Virus record (IMG/VR): IMGVR_UViG_3300037963_003719
Location: 1 to 64,000 of that record
Reading direction: 5' to 3' (one strand)
DNA from: a virus
DNA length: 64,000 nucleotides
Part shown: piece after piece, positions 37,301 through 46,529 of the stretch
Numbering within the stretch: position 1 is the first letter of the stretch
Layout of the letters: each line of letters opens with the position of its first letter
Program-made: the position numbers and the translations under genes
Notes under the pieces: generated by a model
Told to the model about the DNA's origin: nothing
The model's input: only the letters and a program-made list of their open reading frames with translations
Databases searched by the model: none

Positions 37301-40300
37301 AACTACTGATACTAGTACTCCTCTCTGTGCAACTCAAGCATCAGCGATTACAACCTTCTTTGGTATCCTAACCACTGCAATCGGCGCTACAGGCGCTCCT
37401 GGGTCCCTCTCAGGGGTAACTAGAACCCCAGCTGCAGACGAAGGATTTACTGGTAAGGCAAACAGATATTGGGATGCATCAGACCTTATCCTTGAGAATA
37501 AGAAACTGATTGCTGCACAAGCAGTTTATCAGTACACTGATGCAAATTCATTTACAGTTCCAACAGGTAACCAGAACTGTGTAGACGATGTTGTAGATAT
37601 TCTTGAAGCAATTGCACATGACTTACGTCATGGTGGTAACGCTAAAACTTATGACGCTGCTGATTATTATACTGGAACATCTCATGTAGATGGTGAAGAA
37701 GCAGAAACTGTTGCAATCATCAATATTGCAAGAGATTTAGCAATTACTGCAATGCGTAATACTTCAATTACGCTTTCATATCTTACTGATAGTGCTTACA
37801 TTGCAGGATTAGAAGATCAATTTAAACTTAACATTGTACAATTTACTAAGGCAGATATCACCATTGATGGTGCATCTACTGCTAGATGTGCAAACGTAGC
37901 GTCTGCAATTACAACTCTGACATCTATCGTCACTGTAGCAGTAACGAATGACAACTTAAACCATGCTACAAAGACAGTTCCAACTGGCACACTTACCACT
38001 AATGACCACCTTGGAGTATTCCATGATGGTAATAAGTTCTGGACAATTTCTGAAGTAGGTTCTACATCTTACGTTCATAGTTCTACTGACAGAGGAAGAA
38101 CTTGGAAGGAAGAGTATACTGCTAACGCTGTTCCAGGATTGAGAACACTTGGATTTAGTTATGATATTATTGTTGGACTTGGTGCAAATGGAAGAGACGT
38201 TGTATTCGATGGTACTGCAAGTGAAATTGATTCATCAATTAGTAATAGTACTCCTGTATTCCAGGACAATACAATTTCCAATACGTATGATTCCAACAGA
38301 TCGTTTGCTTGTGATAATGTAGCATCATCTATCTTTACCCTTTGGAATATTGTCATTGATAGAATCAATGGACGTACAGTTCCTGATACTGAATTTGCAA
38401 CTTCTGTCTTTAATGATAGTAATAATAGATTCTTTAATGTAGGTCATTCATTTGACGATCTACCTATTATTGAAGTTTCTCCATATATCTTTAATGCTTC
38501 TGTAATTTCATTCTTAGGTGGTAATGGTTGTGAGATTGATGGTGCTAAAGTTGCAACTCCAAACGTTAAGAGACCTGGACTACCTCCACAAGGTAAGTCG
38601 ATGGTTGCTGCAGCATTCACGATTATCTCATTTGGTGGTACAGGATATAACGTATTTAATGATGGTTATACTCAGTTGGTTTCTGTCTTCTGTATCTTTA
38701 CACAAGATGGTGCCTTAGTTGAAAGTGGTGGATATGCGTCTCTGACTAACTCTGCATCTAACTTTGGTACGTTTGCACTTAGATCATCTGGTGTTAGAGA
38801 TGAAGCATATACTTTCCATAAAGGTATTGTCGATAACATTACATTTAATGATGTTGGTGTTCCAGTCATCAAAGTTACTGGATTGGGTGAAGCACCACTT
38901 GAGCACTTTATTATTGAACCTACTGGATTTGAACTTGCACCACAACCTGGACAAAATCCAAAATATTTCATTGAAGAAACTGAATCTGCAACTCCAACTG
39001 CACCAATTACAGCAGAGGTAAGAGCAAATAAAACTATGAGTGTCAGAGGTAACTTTAACCGTTACACTGATGCTGCAGATCAACTTGAAAGAAATGCTCG
39101 TTATATTGCAGAAGAAGCATACTTCAGTGCAATTGCAGTTTCATCAAATTCATTTGATCAAAATAGAAACAAGTGTATCCGTGATACAGAAGAGATTATT
39201 AAAGCATGGGCAAAAGACATTAGGTTTGATGCAAATGATGCGACATGGGATGCTGCAAAACTTTATACGAATGGAACTTCAATCCAACACGTTGCTGGAT
39301 ATGAAGCAGCAACTAAAGAAGTTATTGATTATGCAACTAATCTTGCTAAAAAAGCAATCAATAACTTACTGCAGATTAAAGGATCTACAGCACAAACTTC
39401 AGATTATTATGTTGCACAATGGACTGATGAAATCCCATATGTAGACAACACCATTACTCATGATCTTTCATCTGCTGGTGGACTTTACATAAGTGCTGAC
39501 TGTACAAATGTACAGAATGCAATTCAAACACTTAGTGATCTGTTTGATGAGATTATTGATAATCCTACTGTTAATGATCCATTACCTTCAACTGCAACTA
39601 GAACTGATGGATTCTTTACAATTAATGAATTCAATAAAGATAAACTTCAAGATCACCCAATTGATTTTGTTAGACCTTCTATCTGTAACTCTTCTTCTCA
39701 TACGTGGGAATTCTCTGGTTCAGGTAATGACTACAATGCTCTGCCACAAAATGGTGGTACAAGAGGATCTTCCGAAACTGGAGATTTTGAACAGGTATCT
39801 CAATTAAATGGTCGTGTTTACGCATCAGGTACTGATGAACTTGGCGACTTCAAGATTGGTTACTTTGCTAATGTTGAGAACAGAACTGGTAACATTACCT
39901 TTGGTGGTACTGTTGAAATTTCTGAAGTTAGTTTCCTGAAAATTTCTGGTGCTGATACTACAATTGAAGGATTTGGAACTGAAGTTAACCTGAACGCTAT
40001 CGAACTTGGTGGTGTTGCTCCTGGTCCTTCAGACAGTATTCTGCCAACACAAAGAGCAGTTTATCAGTATATCAATAACCAGTTAGGTATTTACATTGGT
40101 CGTACTTATTCAACTACACCAACACCAAGTGCTCTGGTTCAATTAGACAACTCTGGTCGTATTAACATCGATCAACTTCCTGCACTGAGACCATTTAACA
40201 TCTTCACTGTTGTTGATGAACCAGCACGTCTTGCTTTTGAGGGACCACTTGCAGGTGACATCGTTATTCAAACAGCAACTGCTACCTTTAACTTTACTTC

Positions 40301-43300
40301 TGCAGACATTGATACTGCTACAGATGAGTTTACAATTACAGGTCATGGTTTAAATACTTCTGACGCTGTTACTTATAATGAAGGATCAGGTGTTGTAACT
40401 GCACCATCTCCTCTTGTAGATGGAACAACGTATTATGCAATTGTTGTTGATGCTGATACAATTAAGTTAGCAAATTCAATTACTGATGCATCAACTAACT
40501 CGCCAATTAATATCACAAATGCTGGTAGTGGTAATCATATCTTTGAAACTCAAGGAACGCCAATCTCCTTCATTCTGAATAATGACCTTGAAAGTCAAAT
40601 CTTAGAATTTGTACCAGACGCTCTTCATTCATTCAGTAATGGTGACATTACTCTTGCATCACCAGGTGGTGGTCAAGGTCAAGTAACTAATTTCTTAGAA
40701 GGTACAGTCAAGCAAGTAATTGTTAACTCTGGTGGTTCTGGTTACGCAAATGGAGACACTGTTACATTCACAGCTCCTACTGGAGGAAATGCTGCAGTAG
40801 GTACATTGGTTGTAAATGGTGGTACAGTTACTGCTGTAAACCTTTCTTCAGGTGGTGATAATTATTTTACCGCACCTTCTACTGCTGGTGGAACTATTAG
40901 TATTACTAGCTCTGGTGGTAATGGTGCTACTCTTACAACGATCATTAGATCTAGATTGAGCATTAACATTATCAATAGTATCAAAACAACTACTTCCGAT
41001 ACTGTTGATGACACTGCAACACCAACTCCAAACACGATTACATTAGCAAACGTAGTTAATACTTCTGGTTTTAGTGCTGATAACTGGATTCAGTTAACGT
41101 CATCTACTATTGATGCATCATTCATTACCTCTGGTATTATTAATCCAACTCGTCTTGCTGCTGTTACTGCACAGAATCCTGCAAGTTCACTGACATATCT
41201 TAGAGGTGACTCGCTGTTTGCTCCAGCAGTTGCATCACTTAAGATTGGTGATGAATCTCCTGTTGTTCTTGGTTCTAATAATAGTACTAGTACTTACATT
41301 TCTTCACTAGAAATGGAAGATGCTGGTGTAGGATATACCACTGGAACATATACTGACACAAATCTTCTTGGTGGTAACGGTCAAAACTTAAAAGGAACAC
41401 TTAAGATTTCTAACGGTGTTGTTAGATCCTTAACTATTACTAATGGTGGTACAGGTTATACTGAAGAACCAAAAGTAACATTTAAAGATTTCTTTACAGA
41501 TCCTCAAAATCCAACAATTATTACTGGTATTAATGCAAGAGCACATATCAGTGGTGGTCAAGTTGTTAAAATTACTTTACTTGATGGTGGTAGTGGATTA
41601 GGCACTAATGTACCTACAGTTGAGATTACTGGAGGTAACGGTGTAGATGCTGCAGCAACTGCAGTTGTTGCAGATGGTGCGATTCAATACATTCAAATTA
41701 CTGATGGTGGTGTTAATTACACACCTACTGTTGGAAATACTTTCTTCCAGATCAGTCCAAATCCACCAATTATTGGTATATCACCTACTAATGCTGCAAC
41801 TATTGAGGCATATTTTGCAACAGTACCAAAACTCTTCAATGATATTACGATTGATATTAATAGAGTAAATGGTAATACACCAAACGCTAATAGTTATAGT
41901 ACAATTGGTGTTGCTAAATTTAGAAAATCAGATACTGGTTCTGGTGTAAGAACTGGACAATTTATCATTGGTGCTGATGGTGCTATTGATATTGATCAAG
42001 GTCAGGGTTCTGGTTTTGATGCTGACCTTCTTGACAACCAGGATTCTAACTTCTACGTAGAATGTGATAACTTTGTACCAGGTAGTTCTCCTACACCAGG
42101 TCTGCCTTCAAATTGTCTGATTGGTACTTATGGTATCGACATTGATGGTACATCTAACTTCGCTGAAGTTGCTACTGCAAAAGATGCTAGAACATCTACT
42201 TTCCAACCAAGTAACTTTATTGCAGGTGGACATTTACAGTGGAAGAATAATGCAAGCAATCCAGGTTATGCAAACACTTGGGAATATCTGCAAGATGGTG
42301 GACAATACCATAGTGTTCTAACTTACAGAAGAGGTGGTACTGGAAGCACTTTTGCTGAAGGTGCAACTACTCAACTTGGTTTTACTGATAATAATAATCT
42401 ATTCATTAGAAACAGTGGTGCAAACCAAGTAAACTCTCTTACAATTACTACAGGTGGTTCTGGTTATGTTGATGGAGTTTACAACAATGTACCTCTCGGT
42501 GGTGGTGATGGATTTGGATTAAAAGCAAATCTTACTGTTGTAAATGGATCTTTCACCTCAGTAGAACTTACAGATAAAGGTTTTGGTTATAATTCAGATG
42601 GTAGTGCAGGTTCAACTTTCAATGTTATCCTCCCATTCTCATTCTTCGGAACACAGAATACCAGACAGATTACAACTCCTGCTGTAATTACTGCAACTCT
42701 TCCAATATTCCAAAATAATGCTGGTCAAGATATTTGGTCTTCATGGCAAAAGATTTGGCATAGTGGAAATGATGGAAAAAATTCAGGTCTAGATGCAGAT
42801 CTGATGAATGGTAATAATCTTCGTTGGATGCAGAAAGCACTTAATCTTTCTGAATCTGAGCAATTGATGAATAGTAAAATGCCACGTCAAATGGCAGACC
42901 ATTCATTCAATGAGGAGATCAGAATTACTGCACCAGATCCTCAATATCTGATTAACGCTGGTGATGTATTTGACATCTATATTGAAGGTTATAACTTAAC
43001 TCAAGAACAAATTGAATCCCTTGATACTCAAACTATTGGTGCTCTTGGTGTTGGTACTCAGTTAAACCTGTATACTGCTAATGATATTTCCGAGGGTACT
43101 GCAACCTTAATCAATAGAAAGATCAATCTTGATCCATCTAATAGAGAAACAGGTTTACAGTATGTTGAGCAGAACTATGAGTGGACTGCAAATGCAACAT
43201 TCCAAAAGAATGATCGTATTGTATACGGTCACAATGTTTATATTGTTAGCAATCCTTCAAGTGGTGGATATACTACTGGTACAGTTCCTCCAGTTCATGG

Positions 43301-44804
43301 ATCTGGAACCGTAACTGCAACTGGTGGTACTGCACAATTCCAATTTGAAAGAAAAGTTAGCAATCCATATACACTCCTTACTGTTGAAATTACCTCAGGT
43401 AATCTGTCCACTTCTATTAAGAAGATTGGTATTCTTGATGCTCCTGCAGAACTTTATCCTGTAACTGATTTTGCACAATCTTCAGATGAAACTTATAGTT
43501 TAAGTAAGGCAAGATTAGGATTCACTGCTGGTGGTGATCCATTCTTAGAACTTGGTAACAATACTCAGACAACTTCTCCAAAAATTGAATTTAAGTCATC
43601 AGGTAACGGTGTATTTGATGCTAAGATTTCTATTACTGGTGGTTCCTCAACAGCAGGAACTGGTGACATGGACTTTGATGTTAACACTGCATCAATCAAT
43701 GGTAACATCATTTGGCACGCAGGTAACCTTGGAGTTTCTACTGGTATTGGAAACAGTAACATATATGATACAAACTCTAATGGTGATGCTGTATTACGTA
43801 CAGCGAGTGGTGACTTTGCATCTAGATTCATCTATGCAACAGGTATTCCTGGTGGAGATGAGGTAGGATTTAAAGGAACTGCAAGTGGTAACCTTGCACT
43901 GTCTGGTGGCACCATGACAGGTAACATCACCTTTAACCAAGATGAAGGTGGTATCGTATTCTCAAGAAATACTGACGGTGCTTCTATTCTCTTCTTCAAT
44001 GATTCTGATTCTGATACAAACTCTAGATTAGAGTTCAACATTAATGATAATGGCAATGAGTTCTTCCGTTGGACTGGAACTCAAGGTGGAACTGTTAGAG
44101 AGTTTATGAGGTTGACTCCAGCAACTTCTGATTACAATGGTAGATTGAATTTCCGTGGCATCGCTACAATTGAAGGAAATCATACAGGTGGAGATCCATA
44201 TGCTCAGTTAGTTGTTAAAGGTAGAGGAACTGGTGCTACTTCTTACACTGGTATCTTCATTGACAATCCTGATGGTAAGCAAGCTCATCTTAGATTTGGT
44301 GAGAATGGAACCGTAAAATGCCAAATCAGATGGCAGAATGGAACAACAGTTGATAATAAACTGAAGGTTTATTCATATCTTATCAATCAGGACTTTATTA
44401 CCTTTGATGCAGCAAATGGTAATATGGGAATCGGAACCACAAATCCAGACACCAATTATAAACTTGATGTTAATGGAGCACTTGCTGCAACTAGTAAGTC
44501 ATTTGTAATCGACCACCCAACTAAAGAAGGTTACAAGTTACGCTATGGTTCACTTGAGGGTCCTGAGCATGGTGTTTATGTTCGTGGTAAGGCAAATGAA
44601 GTTATTGAACTTCCTGATTACTGGACTGAATTGGTTCATGAGGACAGCATTACTGTTCAACTTACACCAATCGGTAATCACAACTCTTGGGTAGAAAAAA
44701 TCGAAGACAATCGCGTATATATAGGTGGTGGGGACTGCTTCTACTTTGTACAAGCAGAACGCAAAGATGTAGACAAAATTGTAGTAGAATACCCAACTAA
44801 GTGA
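34380..44804 (+). CDS. Giant tail fibre (3474 aa) with four phycobiliprotein-like helical repeats, an Asp-box beta-propeller and a C-terminal intramolecular chaperone
   Basis: VGINT..P...LDVNG, beta-helix head (IYVSK..GND..DG), S.DG.TW propeller blades, GSG.DADLLD fibre motifs, L.LSGGTMTGNI, and C-terminal KSFVIDHP.K....L.YGSLEGPE.GVY.RG...LPDYW chaperone. Confidence 0.88.
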   Translation: MALEFNADKQIIKSDQLQINNDTSVRFDIGGAANKKTAIFGTLSADIEKLVRVGINTKEPQFELDVNGQIRTTTSIISDTARINNLDIDTIVNPSLKLKAPILETFTDPDTGEVLFPRSASPAFDDDSNKIATTNFVYNIATNDLGGRIYVSKQIGNDSFDGRSATKPVSTIKRATQLAALTNDKETLIVAGGDYLEDNPISLPDQCSVVGDNIRLCIIRPQNPGKHMFKASNENYVTGITFRDNLNVEGNPAFTWGYAYVFDDKQRFYYPKTLGGQFGRDFELGHKIAAPEEWKLFFDANNGNLELVVGLTVTNATTLGTGVITDVVFNDNTDQAGYVIINEITGDINSVGAIYNYTVNSITYNLNVTSAEQLTPDAQVVKHVTTHTTFGLKSVQHDPINYPDGLIFEVVDPFYHDYEVGQYVNISNLPSTGTFGDLNRYNGRQYVSHRIETNDGFSKKFVVYKDTPTDLAGLGAVNGQYSVTAFGATVVSDDHYVVFSLDNSPKKFDESNKSPNRYLDAVDLIGRNKTPITEEAFRRVKEEYPTLVIPDEAQCKTDMGHIVDAINYDLTWGGNAATKEAADYYYDAGALTHVQNQLKETSYAFAEARDLSIQAMRNQLNTVSTSSTASIQRPTGYTGQYRSVIWDNEKFVAVGDGGAIHTSTDGVLWTAQTTGTTEDLNDIRWNKWAVGERGVPEYVVVGDNGTILWSSNAETWYSVTSGTTNNLEAIAYNGERYVAVGSLGTAVFSNNVKTWSTGTTGTFTLLHDLIYNDDCDKFVAVGGGGVIIVSSDGNTWTEQESGTSRELTAISWSEGRMVVTGADATVIISDDDGLTWETNLINNNSPDNPQSNKDADAADLILANQAIIAEIAVNKMLDNNAGYSIPTGNQACKDDIMAFIGAMAINLEFGNNDEVYDAANLYVTGSHVQGEEDESVEAFNYARDLCISAMRNEAFSAGDLTFASGLTQYIDNTVTTDTSTPLCATQASAITTFFGILTTAIGATGAPGSLSGVTRTPAADEGFTGKANRYWDASDLILENKKLIAAQAVYQYTDANSFTVPTGNQNCVDDVVDILEAIAHDLRHGGNAKTYDAADYYTGTSHVDGEEAETVAIINIARDLAITAMRNTSITLSYLTDSAYIAGLEDQFKLNIVQFTKADITIDGASTARCANVASAITTLTSIVTVAVTNDNLNHATKTVPTGTLTTNDHLGVFHDGNKFWTISEVGSTSYVHSSTDRGRTWKEEYTANAVPGLRTLGFSYDIIVGLGANGRDVVFDGTASEIDSSISNSTPVFQDNTISNTYDSNRSFACDNVASSIFTLWNIVIDRINGRTVPDTEFATSVFNDSNNRFFNVGHSFDDLPIIEVSPYIFNASVISFLGGNGCEIDGAKVATPNVKRPGLPPQGKSMVAAAFTIISFGGTGYNVFNDGYTQLVSVFCIFTQDGALVESGGYASLTNSASNFGTFALRSSGVRDEAYTFHKGIVDNITFNDVGVPVIKVTGLGEAPLEHFIIEPTGFELAPQPGQNPKYFIEETESATPTAPITAEVRANKTMSVRGNFNRYTDAADQLERNARYIAEEAYFSAIAVSSNSFDQNRNKCIRDTEEIIKAWAKDIRFDANDATWDAAKLYTNGTSIQHVAGYEAATKEVIDYATNLAKKAINNLLQIKGSTAQTSDYYVAQWTDEIPYVDNTITHDLSSAGGLYISADCTNVQNAIQTLSDLFDEIIDNPTVNDPLPSTATRTDGFFTINEFNKDKLQDHPIDFVRPSICNSSSHTWEFSGSGNDYNALPQNGGTRGSSETGDFEQVSQLNGRVYASGTDELGDFKIGYFANVENRTGNITFGGTVEISEVSFLKISGADTTIEGFGTEVNLNAIELGGVAPGPSDSILPTQRAVYQYINNQLGIYIGRTYSTTPTPSALVQLDNSGRINIDQLPALRPFNIFTVVDEPARLAFEGPLAGDIVIQTATATFNFTSADIDTATDEFTITGHGLNTSDAVTYNEGSGVVTAPSPLVDGTTYYAIVVDADTIKLANSITDASTNSPINITNAGSGNHIFETQGTPISFILNNDLESQILEFVPDALHSFSNGDITLASPGGGQGQVTNFLEGTVKQVIVNSGGSGYANGDTVTFTAPTGGNAAVGTLVVNGGTVTAVNLSSGGDNYFTAPSTAGGTISITSSGGNGATLTTIIRSRLSINIINSIKTTTSDTVDDTATPTPNTITLANVVNTSGFSADNWIQLTSSTIDASFITSGIINPTRLAAVTAQNPASSLTYLRGDSLFAPAVASLKIGDESPVVLGSNNSTSTYISSLEMEDAGVGYTTGTYTDTNLLGGNGQNLKGTLKISNGVVRSLTITNGGTGYTEEPKVTFKDFFTDPQNPTIITGINARAHISGGQVVKITLLDGGSGLGTNVPTVEITGGNGVDAAATAVVADGAIQYIQITDGGVNYTPTVGNTFFQISPNPPIIGISPTNAATIEAYFATVPKLFNDITIDINRVNGNTPNANSYSTIGVAKFRKSDTGSGVRTGQFIIGADGAIDIDQGQGSGFDADLLDNQDSNFYVECDNFVPGSSPTPGLPSNCLIGTYGIDIDGTSNFAEVATAKDARTSTFQPSNFIAGGHLQWKNNASNPGYANTWEYLQDGGQYHSVLTYRRGGTGSTFAEGATTQLGFTDNNNLFIRNSGANQVNSLTITTGGSGYVDGVYNNVPLGGGDGFGLKANLTVVNGSFTSVELTDKGFGYNSDGSAGSTFNVILPFSFFGTQNTRQITTPAVITATLPIFQNNAGQDIWSSWQKIWHSGNDGKNSGLDADLMNGNNLRWMQKALNLSESEQLMNSKMPRQMADHSFNEEIRITAPDPQYLINAGDVFDIYIEGYNLTQEQIESLDTQTIGALGVGTQLNLYTANDISEGTATLINRKINLDPSNRETGLQYVEQNYEWTANATFQKNDRIVYGHNVYIVSNPSSGGYTTGTVPPVHGSGTVTATGGTAQFQFERKVSNPYTLLTVEITSGNLSTSIKKIGILDAPAELYPVTDFAQSSDETYSLSKARLGFTAGGDPFLELGNNTQTTSPKIEFKSSGNGVFDAKISITGGSSTAGTGDMDFDVNTASINGNIIWHAGNLGVSTGIGNSNIYDTNSNGDAVLRTASGDFASRFIYATGIPGGDEVGFKGTASGNLALSGGTMTGNITFNQDEGGIVFSRNTDGASILFFNDSDSDTNSRLEFNINDNGNEFFRWTGTQGGTVREFMRLTPATSDYNGRLNFRGIATIEGNHTGGDPYAQLVVKGRGTGATSYTGIFIDNPDGKQAHLRFGENGTVKCQIRWQNGTTVDNKLKVYSYLINQDFITFDAANGNMGIGTTNPDTNYKLDVNGALAATSKSFVIDHPTKEGYKLRYGSLEGPEHGVYVRGKANEVIELPDYWTELVHEDSITVQLTPIGNHNSWVEKIEDNRVYIGGGDCFYFVQAERKDVDKIVVEYPTK

Positions 44805-44814
44805 GGAACTAACT

Positions 44815-45042
44815 ATGGAAAAACGTTTTAAATTTACTGGACCAGATGGACAAATTGAATATGATATGGTAGAAACTGACGGCATGGAGGAAGAGATTCA
44901 TGCCGAAAATATTAGAACACACCAGGCACATCCAGATCATGCAGATGTTTGGGTAGAAACTGAAAATGGTGAGTGGGAATTAATTCCACCATTAACTGAT
45001 CATAATTTTGAACAAGATCCTGGAGAAGAGGTAGAGGAATAA
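44815..45042 (+). CDS. Small acidic protein, possible fibre assembly chaperone
   Basis: 75 aa with GAGGA SD, Glu/Asp-rich, immediately after the fibre gene. Confidence 0.7.
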   Translation: MEKRFKFTGPDGQIEYDMVETDGMEEEIHAENIRTHQAHPDHADVWVETENGEWELIPPLTDHNFEQDPGEEVEE

Positions 45043-45756
45043 ATGCCAATTGCTTGGGGACCAGGAGCAGCATCTGATGGACTAGTTCTATGCTTAGATG
45101 CTGCAAATCCTAGAAGTAATAAAGCACCAGGAACTGGGTGGTACAATGTTGGATCACTTGGTAAGTGGGATTTTGTTTCCAAAAGTCAAGGAAGTCCAAC
45201 ATTAGGAGTAAAGGGTGGTGCTCAGTGTATAGTATTTCCTAACGCAATTGGAACCAGATATCAATCGTCTCCTCCAGGATTTCAAAGTCCTGCAGCAACT
45301 ATGACGATGGAAGCATGGATTTATCCAGAAGCAAATGCTACTGGATCTACTGCATCTAGGATGAATATCTTTAGGGCAAATAGTGGTGGATCTCGTGCTT
45401 ATATGTCATATAATGTGGGTAATAATAGATTAAGTAGTTATTGGTATAATTCTAGTCCTGCTGGTTATCATGAAACGGTTTCTTTCGCCCCAGGCAGAAA
45501 TGTCTGGCAACATTTTGTTGCTGCTTGGGATGGGTCAACACTACGTCAGTATGTAAATTATGAAAACCAAGGCAGTGTTAGTACCAATTCAGCGTCCTCA
45601 ACATTTGGAACTGAAATTCAAATTGGGTATGAACCATGCTGTGGACAAAGACAATTTGTTGGTGGCATTGCAATGATTAGATTATATAATAGAGCATTAT
45701 CAGATGCTGAAGTTTTTAATAATTTTAATTCAACTAAGGGGAGGTTTGGATTCTAA
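45043..45756 (+). CDS. LamG/concanavalin A-like lectin-domain protein
   Basis: GP....DGLVLCLDAAN..S, TMEAWIYP, WQHFV..WDG..L..YVN, G.IA.IRLYNRALS..EV..NFN..KGRFG. Confidence 0.88.
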   Translation: MPIAWGPGAASDGLVLCLDAANPRSNKAPGTGWYNVGSLGKWDFVSKSQGSPTLGVKGGAQCIVFPNAIGTRYQSSPPGFQSPAATMTMEAWIYPEANATGSTASRMNIFRANSGGSRAYMSYNVGNNRLSSYWYNSSPAGYHETVSFAPGRNVWQHFVAAWDGSTLRQYVNYENQGSVSTNSASSTFGTEIQIGYEPCCGQRQFVGGIAMIRLYNRALSDAEVFNNFNSTKGRFGF

Positions 45757-46529
45757 TGTCATCTCATTCTGGTCCCTATATACAAAATGATGGATGCATC
45801 TTACATTTAGATGCAGGAAATCCTGCATCATATCCAGGTAGTGGTAATTCTTGGATTAATATGTCAAGAGATACTGTTGCAGATCCAACACCAGCATCTG
45901 GATTTAATGCCCAGTGTCAATGGAATTCTAACGGGTATTTTCAAATCAATAGCAATATTGATAACCCTCAAGCAAACGCAATTCAAACAAGTACTAATAA
46001 CTCTCACATATATCATTCCGTACCGAGTCAGTACAGAATGAATAATACTACGCAAAAAAGATCTTACGAAGCATGGTTTAGAGTAACAAGTTTATCAGAT
46101 ACTAGAAATGGTCCAGTGTTTAGAACCATGACTGGTACTGGATGTTCTTATGGATGTAATGGTGGTATTGAAATTATTAGTGGAAAAATTAAAGGGGTTC
46201 ATTATAATACTACTGACGGTTATCGTTTAGATGGAAATGTTAATGTTGTAGAAAATACATGGTATCATTGTGTGATGACATTTAATCCAGATGAAAATCC
46301 AAACAAAAGAGTATATATTAATGGAGAGTTGGATGCAACTTTTCAGACAGTTGGATGGGCATATGGATCTGGTGCTGTTTACTATGAGATTGGATTTAAT
46401 CGAAAATCCAATTCACCAAAAACATTCTGCGGTGATATTGCTGTTGTAAAGTGGTATATGGATAAAGCATTAACAGCAGATGAAGTATATGAAAACTGGT
46501 CAGCACTTAAAGGGAGGTTTGGTTACTAA
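45756..46529 (+). CDS. LamG/concanavalin A-like lectin-domain protein (tandem paralog)
   Basis: GP....DG.ILHLDAGN..SYPGSG, SYEAWF, WYH.V.TF, YINGELD, GDIAVV.WY..KALT..EV.EN...KGRFG. Confidence 0.88.
   Translation: MSSHSGPYIQNDGCILHLDAGNPASYPGSGNSWINMSRDTVADPTPASGFNAQCQWNSNGYFQINSNIDNPQANAIQTSTNNSHIYHSVPSQYRMNNTTQKRSYEAWFRVTSLSDTRNGPVFRTMTGTGCSYGCNGGIEIISGKIKGVHYNTTDGYRLDGNVNVVENTWYHCVMTFNPDENPNKRVYINGELDATFQTVGWAYGSGAVYYEIGFNRKSNSPKTFCGDIAVVKWYMDKALTADEVYENWSALKGRFGY

Noticed and set aside
35925-39570. Bona fide cpcB/cpeB phycobilisome genes
   Set aside because: The repeats are embedded in a tail-fibre ORF, lack the X/Y helices and are highly diverged. Only fold-level homology is proposed.
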